DNA from: Tubulanus polymorphus
Lineage: Eukaryota; Animalia; Nemertea
Direction of reading: 5' to 3'
Assembly (NCBI RefSeq): GCF_964204645.1
Contig: NC_134033.1
Location: forward strand, 15,074,655 to 15,138,654
Length of the DNA: 64,000 bases
This document shows positions 28,201 to 36,973 of the stretch, piece after piece. How positions within the stretch are numbered: the stretch's first letter is position 1; the number at the start of each line of letters is the position of its first letter. The notes under the pieces are model-generated. The model saw only the letters and a program-made list of their open reading frames with translations, was not told where the DNA came from and searched no databases. The translations under genes were made by a program, and so were the position numbers.

Positions 28201-31200
28201 TTACTTCAGACGTCCGTCTGCGTCTGCAGCGCCCCCTGGTATGATTTTAGTGATATAAATACTCGGATCGTCGCCGACGTGCGGATTATCAGTTCCTCCA
28301 GCGATACTGAATCCTAATCCGGAACTTCCCTGAAATTCATCCAATAAATTAAATACAATGACGATCAACTTCGAATTAAAAAGACATTTCAGATCGCGCC
28401 ATGTTTGGGTAAAACGGCTCGCTTAGCGACTACTAGTCGCGCGCCAAAATTGCACCCCAGATCCAAAATGGCCGACTCAATGTGAATTAGTAATCGAGGG
28501 ACTTGAAGTGGATTGATTTAAATGGAAACAAAATTCAATTAAAACTAGGTACGTTTATCTATTAATCAAATAGATTATTCTCCCCCGACCCCCCCCCCCC
28601 CCGCGGGAGTCTACCGGTTTTATCTGATTGTAGAGTTCACGGCTTCGAATTCAATTAAAATCCGATGAATTCTCCGAAGACGCACGCGCGGGCCGACAAC
28701 CGATATTCATAATAAGCGCAACACAACGCATGATCGATTTATCCGCAAACAAGCACGCCAGTTAAACATTCATCACTATTTCACATGATCAGGCGTCATT
28801 AGCCCCGACCGTTCTGTCTGTATCGGGAGACAGACCCGACACGCTGGTTGGTGGTGGTGGTGGTGGCCGTATATTTTATGACTGTATCAACGACTACATG
28901 TTACATGGAATAACTAGGCGTTTTATGGACTCGACTCGGCGAATTCGTGCTTGACAATCCGACATTTTCAATATTCAACGCCCCCTGGTGAACAAATACA
29001 GATATCAATTACGTTGAAACTTAACGAAATCATAGAAAATGTCATAAGCTACAATTTTGCAATTCATCGTGGTTATCAAATACGCCTAGGTACCGATATA
29101 ATATGAAAACGCTTAGTTATTCCGCTATTCAACGCCCCCTGGTGACCGTATACAAAACCAATAACCACGAAACTCACCGCAATCATAGAACACGCAATGA
29201 CAACGATTTTGCAATTGATTGTCGTTATAAAATAGGTACTGGTATAAAAATGCTAAGTTATTCCGACATTCAACGCCCCCTGGTGAACATACGCCGAAAT
29301 TCGCCATAATCGTATATAGCGTGTCACGAGCAACAATTTCGAAATTGATTGCGGTTACAAACTATGCATATACTATTTCACGCGATGAGCCGTAATTAGC
29401 CCGATCATCGTTCTATCTGTATACACAGACACCGCACTAGTGCAAGTGTATTCCATGACTATCGACAATAACATGTTGCACAGAATAAAAACCTATATAG
29501 ATTTCCGCATAGTCAGTATCGAAAAGATACCACGTCCGCTCGTCGACGACTTAGGGGAATTCATGAATTCTTCCAATATTTCGCAATCATCTCTCGTATA
29601 TTTGTCATACTGAGAGGGTATATATTATATAGCTAATAATAACACACACTTTATACATGTTGTTGTGCGAACAGTGCCCCCCCCCCCCCCCCGTATATCG
29701 AAATAGGTCTTCACTTGGACCGTAACCATTGCTGCTTGGCAACCCCGGAATACAACCGCTGTTTAGACTCGATTCTATGCTACGATCTATCTCTAAAACT
29801 AAGAGAATGACAAAAATGGCCCATAGAATCGAGTTAGAATGTCCACGGGCCCTAAGCGACCCGGGCCACCTATCATTTGCCGAAATGACATTTTCTCAAC
29901 CTGGCTTCAGAAAGAACTAAGGCTAAACAAAAAGGATACCTTGTTTCTCCGCAGCGGCCGGGTCATTTTTGTAAAATATGATAAAATTTATGAACAGTTC
30001 ATTTCTATAGCGGCCGGGTCTGTTATGGTAAAATTGATCACGATTTAAAAAAAAGTAATGTATAGGGTAGATAGGCGGCCGGCCGGGTCAACATTTAAGC
30101 TCAGCAGAGCGGAGAAACAAGGTATCAATTTTTTTTTAGCCTAACACACACGCGACCAATTATTGCCAGCCATTATGCCCTAGAGTCATACTAGATGCTC
30201 AGAAAATGATCTTTTTTTTCAAATTTTTCAGGGGGCCCTCAAAACCCCCTTAAGGACTTTGCGTCTACAGCGCTCGTGTTCATGTACCAATCACACGTAG
30301 GTCTCAGATTTTTTGGGCCCCCCCCCTATAAATTCCTGGATGCGCCGTTGATGTCAGTACAAGGCTCATAGAAATTACCAGTACCAAATTTCACTAATAG
30401 AAGCTAATGACGCGATGAACTAAAATATATTTCAAATAATCAATCTAATCGATGACAGTACACAATTTTATCAACTCCACCCTATTTCCATGGATACAAA
30501 CCGATTGATGGACATCGATTTGAAATTTTACACGTGTCGACTTTTTTTCTCTCTCTTTCGAATAAACGGCGTTAGTACAAAACCCTAATTCATATAGAAA
30601 TCGCTAGGTCACCGAAAACTGTGAAGCAACACGCGAATTATGCCGACACACACACACACGCGTAACCATGGTAACAATTTTTAACTATTGACACAAAAGA
30701 TGATCGCCGTGCGAAAGAAATTGATGATCGAGGTTCGAGGGGCACGTACGGGCGGCGGGGGTCGAAACTATCGACAGAATAAGGGGTAGGGGGAAAAACT
30801 GTAAGATCTGAGAGGCCTTTTAATGTAAAATCCCACCTAGTATAAAAAAGACGAGTACGAAATATTTCTTAGATCCTGTCACTATCCTTCCTTTGTAACA
30901 TCTATATTTTGGAATCATTTTAGTTTAGTCAAAACTTCAGAATAAACTGTTAAATCATCAACTGTGGGTTTCGCTCAACAATTACGTAATATTTCCTCGA
31001 GTTTATATTTATTCAACGTTCTGACTTTATCATAATACATGCGGTTATCTTCACTAGTGTTATGTCAGCACTATGATATATATTCTAACAATCCAGAATA
31101 ACTCGAAGTCAGTTGCTCTGAAGTTGGTTTGAGTGAACTGGCCGGACAATAATACCGTGGTTGCCATGATAATTCCAATAATTCCAATCCTCACCGCGGT

Positions 31201-32591
31201 ATCTATCCACGAGCAACTGACCGCTAGATTAATAGGATATAGTCGAAACGTTGTAAATGAAACGGGATTGTTTTTTCTTTCGCGGCGCGAGGATATCGTA
31301 TCTCGGAGTGGTTCATCGACGGTCGCCTTTTAAAGGCTTTCAGCCTACGAAATGACGGACCGATTTAAGCCGAAATCATTTATCAAAAAAGATAAACGAT
31401 GCGCGGTAGATTTAGATTTCGAAGATAGCGATTGAGTCATACTCGGGTTTCGGAGAGTCATTACTCTACACGGTGAGCGCCGCAGAGAGACTTAAAGCGG
31501 TTGAACATTTAACGTTAGAAATTGATTCTCGTGTGCGCCGCTCAGAAAACCGGTAATAATGTAATAACGCTCTCTTCCCTCTCGACTGTCCTCGAGATAC
31601 GAGAGTAGCTTCATTCTGAGTCTAAATCTCCACGCGACATTTTACCGAGTCAGCGTCCTCCACAACAGGTTTCACCTCATGAATTTCTACAACCACCACT
31701 TGTAAAATATCTGCTGCCCCGAACAGAGTTGATGTCAATATTCTATCAACGCTGATCGAGCAAATGTGAAATATAGAAGATTACACCAAGATTAAGTCAA
31801 AATTTTCTGGATTTTTTTTTGGGGATCGAAAGCCTCGCTATTTCAGCAGCCGCAATGTCATAATGCAGCCCCTTTAGTACTCCAGCATATAGAGAATACT
31901 GGACGTAGAGGTAAAACCCACCGTGATAAGGACAGTTCCACGGTTTTGAGTTAAGATTTGGACTCATTGAAACTAAGAGTTTAAGAAACTGGATCTAGAG
32001 AAACTAATTTGTTGTTTTTGAAGTTTCAAGCTTAACACGTCAGTCCATCCTCAAAGAACAATCGTTTGATCGAATAATTCTTCTCTGAAGATCGACAATG
32101 AAACAACATTTCTTGCTATGGTAGTACGTTTTACTTTTTTAACACCGCAATACAATAGTCGAGTCAGATCCAATCAACTCAGAGAATATATCCTGGTTGA
32201 TATATCTTTATGACTCAGATGTTGGTTGATATATTTTTATGACGCTTATGAAATATATATCATCTCAATCAGGTGTCACTGTTAATTCGGATATATTTTC
32301 GTCGTCCTGAAAGGTACGACTTGAGAGCGGAGTCTACTATATTAGTAATCTCTTCATGTAATCCGTATTAAAGAAATAAAAAGACCTGTGCCTGGTTTTA
32401 TAGATTCATCTTACCTTTAACCCGGGGTTAACTCAATTCATTTTCAATTCAATTAGCCCCAGGGTTAAAGGTAATGCCGGTCTATAAAATTCCATCCCCC
32501 CCCCCCGGAGAATGATGGTTTCGTTTTTTTCACTTACCCGTTCAAGAGCGATTTCCTCATATTCCCAGTCACCAGGGGTGCTACCATTCAC
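1101..32591 (-). CDS. dlg1: Discs large homolog (PDZ1-PDZ2-PDZ3-SH3-HOOK-GUK MAGUK), spliced core CDS span; 5' exons listed separately
   Basis: Manually spliced GT-AG exons with matching phases give [35 protein letters not shown]...[14 protein letters not shown]...[28 protein letters not shown]...[15 protein letters not shown]...[42 protein letters not shown]...WVPAKEKL*, diagnostic of the DLG1/PSD-95 family. Confidence 0.98.
1620..1711 (-). CDS. dlg1: dlg1 GUK exon ([30 protein letters not shown])
   Basis: ttttag / gtaagt, 92 nt, phase 2->1. Confidence 0.97.
1822..1931 (-). CDS. dlg1: dlg1 GUK exon ([36 protein letters not shown])
   Basis: tttcag / gtgagt, 110 nt, phase 0->2. Confidence 0.97.
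2002..2289. mobile_element. piggyBac-type (TTAA) MITE, degenerate copy, inverted relative to 63230-63512
   Basis: ttaa|ccctctcggtgc ... gcaccgaaagg; internal similarity to the 63.2 kb copy; partial copy at about 26473-26542. Confidence 0.75.
2312..2484 (-). CDS. dlg1: dlg1 GUK exon ([18 protein letters not shown]...[16 protein letters not shown])
   Basis: tctcag / gtataa, 173 nt, phase 1->0. Confidence 0.97.
2608..2709 (-). CDS. dlg1: dlg1 GUK N-terminal exon ([33 protein letters not shown])
   Basis: taacag / gtaagt, 102 nt, phase 1->1. Confidence 0.97.
2952..2999 (-). CDS. dlg1: dlg1 HOOK/U5 exon ([15 protein letters not shown])
   Basis: tttgcag / gtaagt, 48 nt, phase 1->1; LSYE motif typical of DLGs. 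Confidence 0.95.
3148..3379. mobile_element. probable MITE with 18-bp TIRs
   Basis: gagtagactgcgtttgcc (3148) and ggcaagcgcagtctactc (ends 3379), one mismatch. Confidence 0.55.
3862..4364. mobile_element. CAGGGTG(G/A)CCAC-TIR MITE family, copy interrupted by a nested element
   Basis: cagggtgaccac ... gtggccaccctg; related copies at about 1380-1575, 5335-5570, 9575-9802, 15840-16056, 22357-22622, 26590-26845, 44187-44493. Confidence 0.8.
3936..4222. mobile_element. PIF/Harbinger-like palindromic MITE nested in the CAGGG element
   Basis: taa|agccgggcgtaggtcgaccttgcg ... cgcaaggccgacttacgcccggct|tta; degenerate relative at about 6755-6882. Confidence 0.8.
4747..4782 (-). CDS. dlg1: dlg1 36-nt HOOK micro-exon ([11 protein letters not shown]), positionally like vertebrate I5 insert
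   Basis: ccacag / gtaagt, symmetric phase 1, open frame; second in-frame AG 6 nt downstream. Confidence 0.75.
5229..5334. mobile_element. about 110-bp hairpin MITE family (Harbinger-like)
   Basis: ggttttatagactggtattaccttta ... taaaggtaataccagtctataaaacc; copies at about 32392-32490, 34978-35088, 38900-38992 (partial), 58011-58114. Confidence 0.8.
5875..6201. mobile_element. foldback element (imperfect arms of about 120 bp)
   Basis: 5875-5993 is reverse-complementary to 6068-6201 (e.g. aaatacacagtgaatat / atattcactgtgtattt). Confidence 0.65.
6212..6340. mobile_element. Harbinger-like MITE with CWG flanks; second copy 24549-24669 inverted
   Basis: cag|gggccagttactcaaaagt ... acttttgagtaactgcagccc|ctg. 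Confidence 0.7.
6583..6609 (-). CDS. dlg1: candidate 27-nt HOOK micro-exon ((R)FKSRIPEE)
   Basis: attcag / AAG|gtcagt, symmetric, open in the required phase 1. Confidence 0.5.
7415..7523 (-). CDS. dlg1: dlg1 HOOK I3-like basic exon ([36 protein letters not shown])
   Basis: gtttag / gtaagt, 109 nt, phase 0->1; resembles the Lys-rich protein 4.1-binding I3 insert. Confidence 0.93.
7876..7939 (-). CDS. dlg1: dlg1 HOOK exon ([21 protein letters not shown])
   Basis: tttcag / gtgagt, 64 nt, phase 2->0. Confidence 0.96.
8335..8511 (-). CDS. dlg1: dlg1 SH3 exon ([39 protein letters not shown]...GIIPSKK)
   Basis: tttcag / gtacga, 177 nt, phase 2->2. Confidence 0.97.
8657..9101. repeat. 56-bp tandem repeat (about 8 copies); same family at about 59830-60240
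   Basis: unit tttctgttcaaattaatcagtaatcaacagtaagaccctcagtaacatctttcata. Confidence 0.95.
9265..9367 (-). CDS. dlg1: dlg1 PDZ3-SH3 linker exon ([33 protein letters not shown])
   Basis: attcag / gtaaaa, 103 nt, phase 1->2. Confidence 0.97.
10150..10545. repeat. about 25-bp minisatellite
   Basis: unit ctggaaaccagtctcatatattata; explains ORFs 10141-10578 and 10271-10639. Confidence 0.95.
10562..10664 (-). CDS. dlg1: dlg1 PDZ3 second exon ([34 protein letters not shown])
   Basis: acacag / gtaagc, 103 nt, phase 0->1. Confidence 0.97.
10845..11001 (-). CDS. dlg1: dlg1 PDZ3 first exon ([52 protein letters not shown])
   Basis: tttcag / gtaagt, 157 nt, phase 2->0. Confidence 0.97.
11080..11410. repeat. 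about 29-bp minisatellite
   Basis: unit aagtgatgatgtcaccaaagacacccaca. Confidence 0.9.
12138..12202 (-). CDS. dlg1: candidate internal alternative first exon ([22 protein letters not shown]) splicing to PDZ3
   Basis: ATG preceded by an in-frame upstream TAA; CAG|gtaaaa donor in phase 2, matching the PDZ3 acceptor at 11001. Confidence 0.55.
15420..15690. repeat. dispersed repeat family, copies at about 45900-46040 and inverted at about 31690-31890
   Basis: gtatgacattgtggctgttgaagtagc...tttcgatcataccgaaaaa...gaagcatcttctatttttcacagtca shared. Confidence 0.8.
16134..16285 (-). CDS. dlg1: candidate internal alternative first exon ([51 protein letters not shown]) splicing to PDZ3
   Basis: aaaaATG context, 50 open codons, AAG|gtaaag donor in phase 2. 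Confidence 0.7.
20318..20760. repeat. about 139-bp tandem repeat, about 3 copies
   Basis: atctctgtcatgacgaa recurs at 20341, 20480, 20620. Confidence 0.9.
22688..22784 (-). CDS. dlg1: dlg1 PDZ2-PDZ3 linker exon ([31 protein letters not shown])
   Basis: ttttcag / gtaagt, 97 nt, phase 1->2, needed to join PDZ2 (phase 1) to PDZ3 (phase 2). Confidence 0.93.
22907..23302. mobile_element. long-TIR foldback MITE
   Basis: atcctcgcttgccagggtttgattgcc ... ggcaatcaaaccctggcaagcgaggat, arms of about 135 bp; related termini at about 53802, 56849, 59493. Confidence 0.8.
23602..23634 (-). CDS. dlg1: dlg1 33-nt linker micro-exon ([11 protein letters not shown])
   Basis: tttttgtttgcag / gtaagc, symmetric phase 1, open frame. 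Confidence 0.8.
25570..25720 (-). CDS. dlg1: dlg1 PDZ2 second exon ([32 protein letters not shown]...FQQ)
   Basis: tttcag / gtaagg, 151 nt, phase 0->1. Confidence 0.97.
25925..26200. repeat. about 105-110-bp tandem/dispersed repeat; second array at about 50430-50790
   Basis: unit containing gaacacatgtgaagtgtggacgatcagtttttgaaagt...tgtagttcattttcaatt. Confidence 0.85.
26246..26382 (-). CDS. dlg1: dlg1 PDZ2 first exon ([46 protein letters not shown])
   Basis: ttttag / gttaga, 137 nt, phase 1->0. Confidence 0.97.
27001..27067 (-). CDS. dlg1: dlg1 PDZ1-PDZ2 linker exon ([22 protein letters not shown])
   Basis: tttgtag / gtttgt, 67 nt, phase 0->1. Confidence 0.93.
27384..27972 (-). repeat. tandem repeat (33-54 bp units) built from the PDZ1 exon 3' end plus 5' splice site
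   Basis: 13 copies of (ctggagc)tactgtcagattg|gtgagt separated by C-rich spacers. Confidence 0.95.
27953..28055 (-). CDS. dlg1: dlg1 PDZ1 second exon ([34 protein letters not shown])
   Basis: tttgtag / gtgagt, 103 nt, phase 2->0. Confidence 0.96.
28205..28329 (-). CDS. dlg1: dlg1 PDZ1 first exon ([41 protein letters not shown])
   Basis: tttcag / gtaagt, 125 nt, phase 0->2. Confidence 0.97.
28960..29370. repeat. about 150-bp tandem repeat (3 copies), each with a CTCF-like core
   Basis: attcaacgccccctggtga at 28973, 29127, 29268. Confidence 0.8.
29921..30141. mobile_element. PIF/Harbinger-like MITE, TAA TSD; second copy 61621-61912
   Basis: taa|ggctaaacaaaaaggataccttgtttctcc ... ggagaaacaaggtatcaatttttttttagcc|taa. 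Confidence 0.85.
32538..32591 (-). CDS. dlg1: dlg1 pre-PDZ1 exon ([18 protein letters not shown])
   Basis: ttacag / gtaagt, 54 nt, phase 0->0; matches VNG...EYEEITLER of DLGs. Confidence 0.96.
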
Positions 32592-34244
32592 CTGTAAACA
32601 GAATAAACGACTCATCATTCCATAGAATGCGGCAGTACGCGGTGGGCAGCACGCGGTGGGCAGTACGCGGTGGGCAGCACGCGGGCAACAGTGGGCGGGC
32701 AAACGAGTCAAAGGAGTTTTAATCCAAAAAATTCTCTACATTTGTTAATCCATATTGTCTAGATGGTGCTGCATCTAGTAAAGGTACAGGTAGCACAGAT
32801 TCTGCTCCTAGTCCACTCCCCAACTAGTCAGGTCCTATCCTGTGTGCCTTCATCTAGTCCAACCCCAGATGGTCAAATTCTATCGTTGGTACCTGCTAAG
32901 TCCACTCCTAATTAGTCAGATTTAATCCCGGATACCTGCCACTAGTCCATCCCTAGTTAGTCAGATTCTATCCCGGATATCTGTTACTAGTCCGGATGCT
33001 TGCTACTAGTCCAACACATGTAAGTCAGATTTAATCCCCGATACCTGCCACTAGTCCGCCCCTAGTTAGCCAGATTCTACGTTACGCGATCACTTTCATT
33101 TCCGTGAGTTCGTAATTCAATAATAGAAAACGTCGATCGTCTTGTAACCGTGGTAACTAATTTTTTGTCGCGGCAGTCCTCGTCGTTGTTACGAGGGGGT
33201 TACGTCGACTTCGTACGGAGTTTATAACGCGTAGTCGAACTACCGTCGGTTGGGTACGGTTAACGCCGCCGACAACCTTCCAACAATGACTTCTTCGACA
33301 GCGCCAGACGTACATATTCGGTCGGTCGCCACGACAACAGTAGCAACAGCAGACGTATTTATACGCGCGCGCGAGATACGACCTCGACAGAGAGACAGCT
33401 GAGGAGGAAGAGGTGATGAGAGACACTACGAAATGTGATTTCATTTAAAAGCCACTCTAGGTTATTTTAAACGTTTCGAATCTATCAGGTCATTCCTGAA
33501 TATAAGCTGTTAAGGAGAGAATTACAAATTTCAAATTTCGAGGAGTGTCTGCATCAATTTCATATCTCAATCACTGTAGACTTCTCCTAATCGCTACTGT
33601 TTATCTCAGTAATCCATTAATTCAGTGTTTTTTGTAAGCGAATTTTCATCCTTGAAATTACTAAACTCTAATTCGGCGACCGCCTGATTGAGTAACAGTA
33701 AGATCCCGGTTCCAACTGTGCTGATTAATTTACTGCACAACTTCTAAAATAATCTAATTCTAATCACAGTGTCGCTTCTATCCGGACCGGCGAAAACAGC
33801 TGATTTAAAAACGCGCGCCCACGCGTTGATTCGGTCCGTACTAAATTGGTCCGGCGTTCCAGGTGCGGGCGTTATTAGAACGGACTAACTAACGCGATAT
33901 CCGTTTAAACGAAGTTTTCGAAACAACGCTCGCGATGATAAAAACGATTGTTCTCTACGGATTTCAGGAAACCGATAGAATTAATTAAGAGCTTGCGTCG
34001 CGTTAAGTGCCGTTTCTATCCTCAACCGGGGAACGCTATACAATACATACATTCATATACACACTCTCCGACAAACAGTGCAGTCAGTGTGTTCTCTATA
34101 ACGAGGGCGATCAACCCTGTATCAAACCCGGCGAAAATCAGCAACCGCGGTTCTAAAATCATTCCCACAGCCTCATCAGCGGTGGCGAGACACACGATAA
34201 ATCTTAATCATTGATCGGTACATTCGAATTATTTGAATCTTGTA

Positions 34245-34497
34245 GTGAGAGAGAGGAGAGAGGAAGAGAGGGGGAGGGAGGGAGGAGGGAAAGAGAGAGA
34301 GGGAAGAGAGGGGAGGGAAAGTGAGAGTAGGGAGAGAGGGGGAGGGAGGGAGAGGGAAGGAAAGAGTGGAAAGAGGGGGAGGGAGAAGAGAGGGAGGGAA
34401 AGAGAATAAAGTGGGGGAGGGAGAGGAGTAAGAGAGGGAGAAGAAAAAGAGAGAGGGAGGAGAGGGGAGGGAGGATTAAAAGAGGGGGAGAGGAAAG
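34245..34497. repeat. GA-rich low-complexity tract (another at about 47470-47935)
   Basis: almost pure purine run on + strand. Confidence 0.95.
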
Positions 34498-34858
34498 TGT
34501 ATGTCTTATATTCACATATCTCTCGGCTGCAACTCATCTTAAATAAACGTTCTTCCCCAATAATAGATTCCAGCAATACAACATCTTCCCCGATCTGAGT
34601 TGATATCAATGATTCTATGTCAATGTGTGATCGATGATTATTATAGCGATAAAAGCCTCGTTCAAGTGACTCGTTTAACGCGAGATTGCACCAAATTAAG
34701 CTTCATTTTCAGTCGAAATGGCGAAATCTTAAAAGCTCTAACTTAAGTATCCCTTCAGTTGACTATCAGTCGAAGCGTTGATATAAACTACTCTTGCCCC
34801 CGAGGGAACATTCGAGAACTTGTTTCTCAACTTTTTTGGTGACATTTTGCATCACATC

Positions 34859-34862
<4 letters not shown>

Positions 34863-34943
<81 letters not shown>
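34863..34943. repeat. (TA)n microsatellite (others at about 493-518, 48305-48370, 55147-55216)
   Basis: direct inspection. Confidence 0.97.
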
Positions 34944-34949
<6 letters not shown>

Positions 34950-36274
34950 AATTTTTGTTCTAACTTCTGTATTCCTGGGCCCGGTTCTATAGACAGGTAT
35001 TACCTTTAACCCGGGGGCTAACTCAATTCATTTTCAATTAAGTTAGCCCGCGAGTTAAAGGTAATACCGGTCTATGAAACCAGGGCCCGGGAGTTTACTA
35101 TCAGGATATAGTCTAAACATCGAAATCAACGAATTTAGCGTTTAGCCTCCACATTTTCAAACTCAAGAACGCTGGTGGTATTGAGAATATCGCGCAGCAG
35201 TACGATTTCTATTCTTCGAAATGCGACGAACGATATTCGAGCTGCGCGTCGTTAAATCGAGATCGAGAGCGTCGCGAGATGAATTCTTAATTTCATAAAC
35301 GGCTATAACTTCATTAGAACGTTTTGCCGTTAATCGTTAATTCATGTTAAATGGTCTCCTACGGGGAGTATTTCCACGAGTCGGATATTTGTCACGAGAG
35401 ACTCGAGCAAGCGGAGAGAGGAGAGGAGAGAGAGAGGAAAATGTAATCAATCTATATCTGGGAAGAATGTTTATTTAAGATCATATAAGTTGCTGCTGAG
35501 AGATATCAGTAAGACACACATACAGCTCCTCTCCTTTCTCTCCTCTCTCATTCTCATTCTCTCTTGCTACAAGATTCAATTAATCCGAATGGAATGAATC
35601 AATAATTGTTAAGATTTCTTGTGTCTCTCGCTGCTGCTGCTGAGGCGGGAGATGATCCCGACCGACGCTGCGGGCGGATGATGCTACTGATAACGGTCGC
35701 AATCGTGATAAATTAATATCAATGAACTTCGATCGATTTGTTTCGTAGATCGGCCGCTAGATGGCGCAACCGATCAAAGATATATTTGTTGCGAAGTTCC
35801 AGAATAGATGCAGTCACCATAATTCCAGCAAAACCTGTCATTAAAAACCTATTTTGGCCCCGTCTCTAGGTCGGTGGCACTAGTCATTGGTCCGGTGGGT
35901 CTACCACTAGTTGGCACTGTGATAAAAACAAATATCCTGTCTGTTGATAGGTGGAGCTAGTCACTGGTCTGGAAGGTCTACCACTAGGTGGCACTGTCAT
36001 AAAAAATGTGCACGTCCATTGATGAAATCATACGATTTTCAAGAAAAAATTACCGAAAATCATCATTTGATCAGTCAAATACATGTCTCATCAACATATA
36101 ACAATGAGTTTGTTTAAAGTAGCTTGTCTCTTCATAAAACAACAATGAAAATCATCGATAAAACTAATGAATTCAATATCACGAAAAAATACAAAATCAT
36201 GAAAAATTCATAACATTTCTCAATTTCAAAGACAAGACATTATAATGATATCATATAGAAAATTAGTAGTAAAC

Positions 36275-36325
36275 CTCACTTGCCACAGCTTTAAGTGAAC
36301 TGCGGTGAGCGAGGCTCCGTATGAC
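36275..36325 (-). CDS. dlg1: candidate cassette exon (VIRSLAHRSSLKAVASE, 51 nt; competing donor ending the exon at 36280 gives 46 nt)
   Basis: Strong tttctctctag acceptor; in-frame donor GAG|gtttac is weak, out-of-frame CAA|gtgagg is stronger. Confidence 0.5.
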
Positions 36326-36534
36326 CTAGAGAGAAATATATATATATATATATATATACATATTTAAGAGGAAAGAACGTAAACCTGAAAATGATAGAGA
36401 TACGAAATGATTAATGCATATATGACGAGTGATCGAGTGACTGTGGCGCCATCTATTGGTGAAAACGATAACCGTGAGTTTTTTGTTCAGTTCACGATAA
36501 AGTGAAGAATGACGAATATGTGAATTAACTTTAC

Positions 36535-36564
36535 CTTCAGCAACAGATGACTGCGCGATTTTTT
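36535..36564 (-). CDS. dlg1: candidate 30-nt micro-exon (KKSRSHLLLK)
   Basis: tttctcgatttag / AAG|gtaaag, symmetric, open in phase 0. Confidence 0.6.
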
Positions 36565-36904
36565 CTAAATCGAGAAATAAGTTTCAAGGTTAAAAACGCT
36601 TTTCTCGTAAAAACAGAGAACGAATAATTCGTACGAAGACATTTAACCCGGTACAAAAAGCGACATTAAAAAAAACCAGTGACGTGAGATTCATTAATTT
36701 TACACGATCAATTAGTTAATTAGCAAATCAATTAACAAGCACGAAAATAGCACCTCGATAATTAGTCGGATTACTTAGTTAATTGGGGGTAAAATTAACA
36801 CATCATTAATTGATAATAAATCAGTTCTGAAATTCGAATGCGGTTCAACATGCGGTTAATAGACGGCGACACTGACTAAAACAGGTACGATATTTGATGC
36901 GTAC

Positions 36905-36973
36905 CCTCATAACGTAGCGCGCCGACTGCGGCAAGTGGTGGTACGAATAAGACGAGTAGGAATCGCGATGGTT
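36905..36973 (-). CDS. dlg1: candidate 69-nt cassette exon (NHRDSYSSYSYHHLPQSARYVMR)
   Basis: Long polypyrimidine tract ending tttctag; AGG|gtacgc donor; symmetric phase 0, open. Confidence 0.65.
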
